Source: Trichoplax adhaerens
Lineage: Eukaryota > Animalia > Placozoa
Reading direction: 5' to 3'
NCBI RefSeq assembly: GCF_000150275.1
Contig: NW_002060979.1
Span: forward strand, 32,612 to 96,611
DNA length: 64,000 nt
Shown here: positions 12,878 to 24,112 of the stretch, one piece after another
Layout: every line of letters starts with the position of its first letter
How positions within the stretch are numbered: position 1 is the first letter of the stretch
The notes under the pieces: model-generated
The model's database searches: none
Seen by the model: only the letters and a program-made list of their open reading frames with translations
Told to the model about the DNA's origin: nothing
Program-made: the position numbers and the translations under genes

Positions 12878-13810
12878 TTATCGTTTTTTGCCATAGACAA
12901 AAATCTGTCGACGACGATAAAAATGGAAGATGATGGGACGTCGAGGTTTCGGAGCAGGGGCTGGAGCACGACGACGGCGGCGGCGGCGACGGCCCCACAA
13001 GGCCTGCTATGGTAAATTTCAAGTTGAAAAGAGTTTTAGTATTTAGATAGATATATTTAATTAAAAAATATAAAATTTTATGGAATATTTGCATTAAAAG
13101 ATTACTCATTTTCACAATTAACAGCGCAAAGTTAACTTGTGAGAAGGAGCTGATTTTAGGATAAGATTGCTTGTAGAAATGTGTTAGTAAATGACTTTGA
13201 ATCCTCAATTATCATTATAGATTATCCTAACTATGAAATGTAAAATACTACCGAATTATGCCGTAACTATGATAAGCTTACTGATAATTATAGACAGTAG
13301 CCTCTATATGTATTATTATTATAAATTGCAAGGTATCTTATGATGAAATTGCTTTAGTAATGCACGATAAATTTACTTTGAATCATATAGTATCATAGTA
13401 GATCATACTACCTATGTAATATAGAATGTCACCGAATAATGCCTTAATTATGATAGATATACTGATAATGATAGATAGCAGTCTCGTCTGCATGGTAGTA
13501 TTATTAAAAGCTACGATGTATAATTATCCTAAATACTCACGGTGCTTTTCTCGGTTAGACCATTCTCAAATTCTGAATCGAATCCTTTATCCATGTCATA
13601 AGACTCATCTATTTCTCCAAGTTCGTTGTATGCATCTTTGTCGGCAATTTCGTACGGGTCTAGTTTATGGACATCCTTTTCAGCAATATCGTAATAGCCT
13701 GGTCCATGCCCACCCTTATTGTCATTATCGAGCTAAGAATTGTCATCTTCAGTGGCGTAAGCAAATGCAAAGAGAAATAGACACGCAATGAGAGCCAATT
13801 TAGTATTCAT
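12878..13810 (-). CDS. Secreted cationic peptide precursor 2, 131 codons; exons 13810-13541 and 13003-12878; in-frame TAG at codon 26 (recent pseudogene, null allele, sequence error or readthrough)
   Basis: MNTKLALIACLFLFAFAYATEDDNS*LDNDNKGGHGPGYYDIAEKDVHKLDPYEIADKDAYNELGEIDESYDMDKGFDSEFENGLTEKST. Donor ACC|GTGAGT at 13540 and acceptor TAGCAG|GCC (phase 0). Last exon ALWGRRRRRRRRAPAPAPKPRRPIIFHFYRRRQIFVYGKKR-stop. Putative 5'-UTR intron (donor GAG|GTACGT at 14004) and AATAAA at 12561-12556. Confidence 0.8.
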
Positions 13811-14589
13811 TTTCTTGCAATGATCCTTCTGTATAGTCAATGAAATAAAGATTAATTTTTAGTACTGGATAGACTGTAGTATTCGAATTGAAATTGAAAT
13901 GATGAATATACGGCATCTTCGAATATAGTATAGATTGAATGATTAATACATATTATTACGACTATAACCTTGATTTTTAAAAAACGCTTAATGTTAATAC
14001 GTACCTCAACAACTTTTAATTTTCTAAATTAATTCTTGAGATAAATTCTGCGATCCTTCCTGAATTTCCAAAGTAAAGCAATCTCGTCTGCATGGTAGTA
14101 TTATTATAAGCTACGATGTATAATTATAATTAACCATATAGCAGTAAGACAACGATAACTGGATACAATCAATGTGACGTCGTCATTGTTGAACGTAGGT
14201 TGTGCTAATCATAAAATTCAATGCCTATAGATACTCAACCAATATGGACATTTACGCATGAAAAGATACAAAGACAATATCAAATACTTCGATAATTTCG
14301 ACGAAACACAATTCTTCAACCATGAAAATCTATGGTCGGACAAGCAGTTAATCCTATATGAACTTCTATCTAGTTTGAATATTTATAGCCCCCAAACACT
14401 ACAGCTACAAATCACTCTACCATTCCCTTACTTCGATATATGGGACATGCAATGGAATCTTCAACACTCTCAACTCATCATCAGAGGTAAATGGGATTAC
14501 TGCTTAGTAACCCCAGTGAAAAAGACATGATATTTGCATGAAATGTGAAGCTAATCTTGTATCTTGTACCCAGTGCAATTTAACGAGAG

Positions 14590-15500
14590 TGTCAATAAAC
14601 TAAGTTAATATTACTTCCATAATCAATGAAGATGATTGATGTGTATAGTGTACAGATGGATAAAGTATACCCCCAATGTCAGTAAAACCAATACCCAAAA
14701 ATAAATAAAGCAAAACATGATTAAAAGTAGTGTAGTCTATGTCTAGTCTATGGTTAATGCTATTGCTGAGTTAGTTTAATGTCTATTACAAATCGCAGTC
14801 AAAGAGGGACTTGAAAGAGAAAACGAAAACATCCCTAACAAAACATTGGTAAAATAGGAGGAGAACATAAAGATCAACATAGGGATGGAGAAAATGGATT
14901 GCATAATTGCAGCCTATCTATCATTAAGCATCCCATCTAGTCTAAAGCAAATATTGATGTCAGTCTTGTAATACTGTAGATGGCGATCTCTTCAGCTATT
15001 AATAAACTAAATCAACATCACTTCTATCTATCAAGATGATGGATGTGTGTACTGCACAGATGGATAAAGTATATCCCTAATGTCAGTAAAACCAATACCA
15101 AAAAATAAGTAAAGCAAAACACCATTGCATATTCGTCCATGGGGCGAATGCAATGGTTGAGTTGGTTCAATTCCAATTATAAATGGTAGTGAAAGAGAGA
15201 TTTGAAGAGAAAACGAAAACATTTGTAAAAAGATTCAGGATTAAGATGAAGGTAAAGTAAAATAGGATGAGAAAATAAAAATAGGGATAAAGAAAATGAT
15301 TTGCGAAATTGCAGTCGATCATAAAGCAAACCCCCATAAGTCTGTTTAACCAATACACAAAAATAAATCAAAACAACATTAATAGTATTGCAATCGATGC
15401 AATTGTGCAGTTAGTCCAATGTTTATTGCAAATTGCAGTAAAAGACGGACTTGAAAGAGAAACAATCTCACCAAGTTCTTGGTCAAAATAACATGAGAAG
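14590..15500. repeat. Degenerate local repeats, A-rich on the + strand
   Basis: 14628-14718 matches 15033-15121; the gcagt.aaaga.ggacttgaaagagaaa block recurs near 14796, 15186 and 15435. Confidence 0.7.
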
Positions 15501-15980
15501 ATAAAATAGTCAATGTATTTGGTACAACATTTCTGCTAGCAAAGGCGATCATGACTGGAAGGGATATTGCCAACAGAAAATCGTCGTACCTTGTTGTCCA
15601 TGTTGTCTTCCACTTTTTCCCGACCCCAAAGGTGAGATTGCCTGCTTTCATTCTGTTTCTCACCTTGCTATCCACAGTTTACGAGGTAAAATAGCGATTT
15701 CAGTTAGAGCCAAGAAAGGTTGATGGCGAACATGCAGTAAGCAGCGTGCCTGTGGGATACTTTCTCAGTCCAATTCAGGTTACTCGTTTGATATCTTGCT
15801 TATAATATTGTCCGCTGTAGACTCAATCCCTACTTCTATAGGGTGACAAGCTATTTTGCACAGTAGCTTGCAGCGCCGACTCTCTACTTGGTCTTCCTCT
15901 ACTTCTACTGCCATCTACACGTGAAATGGCAATCAACCATCAAACATCTTTTTTTCTCACATTCTTTTTCCATACTACAG

Positions 15981-16368
15981 ATTTCTCTCTTATACTTATT
16001 AATCTGTGCTTTTGACCGATATTGTTGGGTGTTAGCATTGTCATCGTGCTTAGCAGGTAAGTCTTTCAACCAGTTAAAGCAATCTTAATTAATCGATATC
16101 ATTTTAAACGCAAACCCTAACATTATTGCAATAATATAATCGTCCCTTTATCGCCATTAGACCTATGGTTGACATTTTGGGTTGTGAACTGAATTTCTCT
16201 TATACTTGTCAATCTGTGTCTTTTAATAGATATTGCTGGGTGTTAGCATTCTCATCTAGTTTAATGAATAGGTAAGTCCTTCAACAAGTGACAATAGCCT
16301 TAATTAATCGCTATCATTTTAAGCGTCGAATGGGTTGGTAACCCTGACATTATTCCAATAATCGTCCC
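15981..16368 (+). repeat. Diverged tandem duplication (~15981-16146 and ~16193-16368)
   Basis: Shared ctcttatactt..aatctgtg, gggtgttagcatt, aggtaagtc, ttaattaatcg.tatcatttt and aatcgtccc. Confidence 0.8.
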
Positions 16369-16451
16369 TCCATCATAATATGTAAGTTACATAATTTGCT
16401 GGATGAACTACATCGTTGAATAAATAGTCAACAAATACACCTACTACATAC

Positions 16452-18189
16452 TTTCCTTAGAGCATAACGATGTTTATTTGCAACCATGCCATATCTTCGC
16501 TGATATGGACCTTCCTGCTTTTAGCAAAGAAACGTACTAGAAAATATATAAAGTCAAAATTTCGGTACTGATATGTCATTCAATTATAATATAAGACAGT
16601 GAATCATCTAATAGATAGTCTGTTCAACAATTCCACCATTCTTGCTGCTCACCACCCCCTTCCCCAAATAAAATTACTGGCTTTGCATCCTATTCAGTAT
16701 CCATTAGATTCGTTTTATCATCAGGCAGCTGATATCTGATTCGATTAGAACATCTTATTTGTAAATAGGGTTAACACCTTATTGATACTCAGTAACTTTA
16801 ATGTAAAGCGCTTGAGGGCGCCTTTTTTTACTCAAGCGATTGTCAGTTTAATTTATATTTGATAGCAGAAAATTGGCTCTTGTTTAAACAATAGTAAACT
16901 TGTTAATTAAGATGGTAAATAAATTCATTGTATGTAAGGGATAATTCATTACCGACCGTCCAGCTCTAATTTTCTCATTCGTAGTTCTTATTGCAAAATA
17001 TCGTAAACTAAACCGATGATATGTAGTTTTCATGTTTATAGATGAAGTCAAATGTCTTAATCCTTGACTGGAAGTTTCTTGCTAGAGATTTATTGTGCAC
17101 TGCCTATCAAGATTACCATTTTGGCTTTGCGCCATTGCAAATTGGTCTGGTTTACTATTTTCTATTGTATTTGATACTTGATGATGATTTAGTGACGTTG
17201 TGTACTTTTATGCCATAATGACTATAAAATTAATGGCAGAAAGCGACTTGCAGAGCTTTAACGCTGCATGCACTCTATCAGTATATTTTAATTTCAAGAA
17301 CGGTAATGAAACCCTAATGATTTCACTTTTATACGCAATTGAAACCATTGCCTAATTGAAATAGATTATTAGATTGATATTACTGTACTATATCCGATAA
17401 GTAGATCTTCGATATGAATACTATTGAAGTAAATTTCTTCTTGACTCACATTCAAACTAAACTCTTATATCGTCCATTGTATTAATTATATACAAACTAG
17501 AATCCAAATTTGTTGCAGATACTCTGCAGCCTTTGATGCAATTCTCTGACCGCTTTCGCTTTCTTGTTATATATGGAGCAATTACATATATACTGTAAAG
17601 TAGTATTATATATAGAATGGTTAATTATGTAATTATCATTTTAAGCTAATCTTACACCTTATATGGATAATCATTTAGCTAAACCATAAGTTAAGTAGTC
17701 TATCAAATGTATAAATACCTTCATAAATTTATTAATAAACGATTCTCAATTAAACAAACACCGTTTACCACGAACTTAATAACTATAGTCCAAATTTATT
17801 GCAGATACTCTACCGCCTTTGATGAGATTCTCTGACCGCTTCTGTAGTACCTTATGATATTAATCCACCAAAACCAAATAACTTGGAAAGGTTGAACCCA
17901 AATCTCAATTGTAATGTTAAGCTTAACTAAACTCTTAACTTGGTCTGGTGCTACAGCGATACCATTCATTGCTACTAGTTGCAACGGCATTGCTGTAACA
18001 TTTGCATAGTTAAGCATAGGCTACAGAATCAGGATAATTGAAAGAGCAACTTTTTAGAGTTAGTTAAACTTATGTCTTACTCATACAACATGAATTTCTG
18101 ATCTACCTAATAGCGTCTACTAAGAAATACGTTGATGGGAATTATCCGCTTTAGATTGGCATTAGGTCATAAATGCAAGTGTACAGTAT
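16452..18189 (+). pseudogene. Duplicated, internally deleted remnant of the UGT pseudogene locus (copy of ~24393-27333)
   Basis: 16452-17043 matches 24393-25003 (end of exon 1 plus intron), then jumps to sequence matching ~26517 onward. Nearly all of exon 2 is absent. Confidence 0.9.
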
Positions 18190-19949
18190 GAAACGAAGGT
18201 TGCTCCTACTCAAGCCTTGCCTTCATGTTACTACTAATATAGTGTAATTTATAAAACTGCATGTTATATGCACCAACTAATAATTTGTAGTGGTACTTAT
18301 GTAATGAAATGAAATGTGTAGAGATCAAGCTACAAAACTTTAACAAACTTTGATTCTACTTTCGTTGCACTCCGGTCGACTTAACGCTAATACTTTGACA
18401 CCAAATAAAATTTGGGGAAATAACCGAACAACAATTTATTACAAAACAAAAATGGAGAGACGTATAAACCGAACAACCTTACAAATACTTAGCTTTAAGT
18501 ATTATAAAATAAGTGTGTCACAACCGAGATTGTAACACAAGAATAAACNNNNNNNNNNNNNNNNNNNNNNNNNNNNNNNNNNNNNNNNNNNNNNNNNNGA
18601 ACATTTTCCTTCCTATGCAAATAGTCAGTATGCAAAAAAACAAAGTACTGAGATTATGCAATCTTCATACAATGATGGCCAAGCTGTTGTACAGTATATG
18701 GCTGTAGTATAAATGAAATGATGTCCATCATATTACTTACAAGCTACTGTAAAAAGAAACTTTTGTAATAAAGTGAAAATAGGATGATAGAATTTTAGTT
18801 TCATCCAATGCCACCCGATGAACTAGTAGACTTTGGCGTAAACCTTTCTACAATACTTAATTACAAGATATAGAGAAAAATAAGAGTGTAATAAGTTACT
18901 ATAACAGGATTGAAATTGATTGACTATACAAGCATTTCGATGTTTGAAAAATGTGTTGATCATTTTGCGTTGGTGTTAGTATACATATACCTACAGTAAT
19001 CCTTTAATTGAGGCAGAACAACTAACCTACTGTAGGCTATAGTATCACCAAAATTTCTATTTAAAAGGACTAAAATACTGTGCTGATCAAATCATCTCTA
19101 CATATTGGTAATTTTGCTGCAATTTCAAACGTGAAAGACAATGTATTCCACTAATAACAACGAAGCGAAGAGAGTGTTGTAATGCCACTTTAACGCATTG
19201 GATATTTTAGAATTCTATCAAAGATTTCGACTTCAGGAATAACATTTCGTCATTTGCTTGTTATTATATGTCTGACTTAAATAGCATAACAGGCAAGAAA
19301 ATGGAGAGATCAATGCATATTACTATATTTATGTTAGTGGTCAATATTAACAATCTAATGCTGCCAACTTGAATACCATACCAAGTTACTCGTTATACTA
19401 CTCGCAAATATCCTAACTCTAACTTATATTCAACAGCAAATTATCCCCAACATTCGTTAATGGGGTATTCGATGTATCATCTTTCAATGCAAAAAGTAAG
19501 TTACCAATGATCGTAAGTATTAACTATATTATATAGTATTAACAAATGAACTTTCTAAGAATAAATTTGAACCTCACCTGTACTTAAAAATGGCAATTTT
19601 ATACATAGCTAGTCTAGCTGATATCAGTGGTAATTATAATTTAAAAATAAACTGTAGTTTACAGAGGCGTTACATAATATTCAATCTATCCGTACATGAG
19701 TATGAACGCATATGAGAACAAATAGGGAATGTAAAATAGATGCCTTTAAATGTAGTAACTGTGACCAAAATTGGCATATTAATACTGTAATACATGAAAT
19801 GATTTCATAAATTGAAGTCTGCGTGAAAGTTTTACATAATTATATTTGACTGTATAGAATAAAGCCAATATTTTACTTAACAGAGACCCATAGCTATTTA
19901 TCTCAATCAATTTAGGAGTAAATAAATACAAGCATAAGCTACATTTACA

Positions 19950-22900
19950 TTATGAAATTTTCTCTTTAGGAGCTTTGGCGCAGCAGAGGGCTTTTACGCC
20001 TCTCCAAATCAACTGCAAAATTTTAACCATAATCGCAAGTAACACTAATAAAACTGCATAAACGTCTATTAAATGCAGTTCGTACCATCGCAGATTATAC
20101 TCCTCAGTTCGCAAATATTCGCCACCATCACAATTTAATGCATATTCCATCCAATCAGCAGCTTCTTCCACAGGCGTTCTACCATTCGGTCTATTTTGAA
20201 TTAGTTTGGAAACTTGCATAGAACTATTTATGATGTCTTGTCGGGTAGTAACATTCATAATTGCATAATACAGATCGCTTTGTGTCATTTCTTTAACATT
20301 GAGTGTTACACCTACGTGTTTAGATGATATTTTTGTTGCGTGAATTACTTGATCACCAGCAACTGGAATCCCAACCATAGGTACACCATGATATGCACCT
20401 TCAAGAAGGCTATTCATACCACAATGTGTTATAAATGCCTTGGTGTTTGGATGGCCAAGAATATCGTTTTGTGGTACCCATTTCACAATTTTAATATTGG
20501 GAGCGATGTTATCAGGAAGTTCCTCTGTATTTTTCCAAATGAAATTATATGGTAACTGACCAAAGGTATCAAATAACATAGTGATATTGGTCACATACTT
20601 TAAGGCAGTTACGACTGAGCCAAACGAGACTAGCACGGTTCCTTTAGGATTGCTCGCCATGAACTGCTGTAAATCATCAGGCAATGGTTTTGCGGGCTTA
20701 GGAAGTATAGGTCCAACTACTTTAGAGGTCGGGGTAATCGGGCGAGAATAATCAATAGCAAAGTCTGTATTTACAATAAGGAATGATGATCGCCTTTCAG
20801 TAAACAAAGGAGTCGAATTAATACCTAGATTGCTTGTGTTCATCGCATTATACATCTGGGGCAAAATAACTAAATGCGCTACAGCATTTGCAACGTAGTA
20901 GATGATGACATTGATCGTTCGCTGATATAAGGTCATTTTATTGCTAGCTGCAAATCCAAGCTGGGGAATATAAGCCAGTGGGTTCGGAATATGGAATGGT
21001 CCTGAGATAAATGGATCACCAAATCCAACCGGAGCAACGTCAACAACGACTTTGATGTCAGCAAAATCAGCTATAATCTGACAAATTGGGCTAATAATAT
21101 CGCACAGAGCTCCATCTTTCAAATTGAAATGAAGCAAATTGTAAATATTTCATTATAAAGCAAACCGTAAGATCACATTAACTTAACGTATGAAATGATA
21201 TTCAATTGAAAGAATTAGAAAAGATTCACTAACTGCACATGATACTATTGCTTTGGATGAGAAGACGCCTATCTATTAGCTAGCTAGTGATTGCCAACCT
21301 GAATGCATTTATCTGTTTTATGCCAGCTAATAATTCCCTACGTTGTAAGTTTAATTCTAATACCGCAAAATGATGACAAGACAGCGGTAATATTCTATTG
21401 AAAAATGAAATCTTACTGTAATTCTAGGGGTGGTACTTGCTATGCGTTTGAAGTTATTTTTAATAAAATTAGTAATGAATGTTTTATGCTTGTTTATGAT
21501 TAACAATCAATATTAACTTTCATTTAGGTAGATAGCCTTATGGATTCCAATACAAATGAATATGCAACCAGCAGGCCATAGCATGTGTACACGTATTCAT
21601 AAGAGAGTGTTTCAAGCTAGTTAGCCATACTCAGGTAAAAGCTGTGATGATCTAGGGCTTCTTTATCAGCGTTTTAACTTGAGATAACTTTTAAAGATAT
21701 TAGTAATGAATATTTTATTCCTGTTTATGATTAACATACAGTATTCATTCTCGTTTAGGTAGATACTCTTATATATTCCAACACAGGGCTATATGCAAAC
21801 AGTAGACTGTAACATCCATACATGTATTTATGCGAGAGTGCTTTAAACTAGTTAGCCATACTCAATTATAAACTGTGAAGATGTAGGGCTTCCCTATGCT
21901 TTTTATTCACGTGCTACTTGTCTACGTCGAACTACAAAAAATAACTACTATGCAATTGATACATCTTATGTGTCAACGCTTACTATGTAAGAATAATCTG
22001 TAATTGAAATTAATAACTATTTCTTCATTAAAGCCACTTTATTTTTTTACCCTTGTAATCGATTAAAGTGAGAAAAACGATCTTTTCACCTATTAGCAGC
22101 AGATAACAGTATAAAGTTTACGCAACATTTAAGGTCAGATTGACTAGTCTACGAGTATTTCAATGTTATGTTAGTATGTCGTACGTATACTTAAGGAGCT
22201 ATCCTCTCTATCTAATGACGTTGATCTAATGCTATTAAATGTTAAATTTACCGTCGCTGAATATTGATAAGCATAACAAGTCCTATAAGGTAGAAATAAT
22301 GCTGATATTCCCTATCAAACTGTTAGCCACAAGGACAGCATTAAAGGCTCTTGCTATAAACGCCTTTCAATTTATGAGATCTATAGAATACAGTAAACAT
22401 TTCTGCTCGCCTGTATTATCTAATTAAAGGGCGATCATGGTGAAAGAAAATGTAACGATTTAAATGAAGTTTAGATCAATTTCTCTTGCAAGAATTTACT
22501 GATACCTTTCTGTAGATTCATGTATACGAGAATAGAAACGTTCCACTACTGTATGTGATTAAAACGATACAAAACTGCTGATGTTGCCCCATCGGTAATC
22601 AACTCATTTAAATTAGGGGTTATTATTTTAAGTTTAAATTGACTTATACAATCACTTGTCAATTCGATTACGAGCTTCCTCTTGTGGAAAGTGTTTACGC
22701 TACAGGTATAACTGATTTAAAAACGATTGTATGCTGACGATTGAATAAGAGATTTACCGAATTTTTGATCTCGTATTTCTTCCAGTAGTTTCCTTTCATG
22801 ACTAAAAGCGGCCAAATCAAGGTTGCCGTACTTATGGCAGGGCAAGAGCAAGTTATCATTATTCTTTAAAGCCTCAGCAATACAATCAGCCAAATCATGT

Positions 22901-23151
22901 TGTGTCACAGGAGTTTTATAATATTTCACCGTAAACTTCTTTTGAGCAAGAAATTTCACTGCTGATGCTGCCACCATAACAACAGTATGACCTCGTTGAT
23001 GTAATTCATCTCCAATGGCTGCCACAACATGGGCATGGCTATGATAATATTGGGCAATTAACAATATTTTCGAAGAACGGACTTGACGTGGGATAGCAGT
23101 TAAACTAATCACAATCAAGGCGACAAGCATCCATGATAATTTCCCTACCAT
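19950..23151 (-). CDS. UDP-glycosyltransferase (animal ER-type, GT1), 519 aa; exons 23151-22758 and 21115-19950
   Basis: Signal peptide, catalytic-His motif HSHAH, phase-1 splice giving QKFDGALCD, UGT signature WVPQNDILGHPNTKAFITHCGMNSLLEGAYHGVPMVGIPVAGDQ, C-terminal TM and KxKxx end (KEKIS). Confidence 0.95.
21456..21892 (+). repeat. Diverged ~230-bp tandem duplication in the UGT intron
   Basis: Shared attagtaatgaat, tgtttatgattaaca, tttaggtagata, ctagttagccatactca and tagggctt. Confidence 0.85.
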
Positions 23152-24112
23152 CTCTAATTGAATACGCTTTTCCTATACAGTATAGGATGCCGCTGTAGAC
23201 AATTGGATCTATGTAGAATTATAGACAAATGAACATAAAATTCAATGTCTGCTTTTATTAATAGTGCGCTATAGCGGCTAGCGTAGAGCCCCTAAAGACT
23301 TTATAAAGGCTTATTGTTATATTGGATGGGCTGATTTTGTCTACTGTACATTTTGAAGAAGAGAGTCTAATAGACTGGATAGGGATGATACTTGAACATT
23401 GCAGTTTCTCGTAAAAATAGTAGGTAGACTGGACTTATTTTGTTGTTTACACTGCAAATGACGTTTCTCTTCAAATGCTGACCAATATTTGTATTCTTTA
23501 ATAGTATGATAGGATCATCTTTTGCATGTTCTTACAGTTTATACCCGTCTAGGCTACTTCTACTGCATATCTGATAAAGTTGAATAGTTTTCTACTTATT
23601 TTGAGGCTACTTTAACACATTCTTCAGGCTTTCAATTTATATTTATAGCATCATAGAGCGTTGTCCAATCCAGTATAGGACACACTAGAGTGCGCAAGTA
23701 CTACTGAAAAAAAATCCAATTAGCTCTAATTAATTATGCGTCTTTGATCTATAGAGAATCCATCGAAAAAACATAAGCTCCACTGTAATGCTATACTCTC
23801 ATGTAATTAATTACTGGAAGAATTGAGCGTAGTGAATGATATCAGCCATCAAAATTTCTCGATCAGATAATTTACGGATAGCAAATCATAGCTAGACATA
23901 CATCTATATATGTTATATAGAACATATATATAATACAGTAGTTATTAATAAGGCTCATAGGATAGTTAAGATGTCTTGACCTAATATGGCAATCTAAATC
24001 GCTGAGTTGCTTATTGCCAACAGAAAAACGATCAAAGGATTGTTAACGTAAAGATTGATTTAAAGGATCAAGTACAAAAGATCAAAAAAATAGAAACAAA
24101 CTATTATTAAGA

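Noticed and set aside
13733-13735. Pyrrolysine or selenocysteine recoding
   Set aside because: Pyrrolysine is not known in animals, Sec uses TGA, and TAG serves as a normal stop in neighbouring genes.
12858-13791. ORFs 12858-13208 (-) and 13426-13791 (+)
   Set aside because: Wrong-frame and antisense shadows of peptide gene 2.
14258-14530. 90-aa plus-strand ORF
   Set aside because: No motif, signal peptide or splice support that I can identify.
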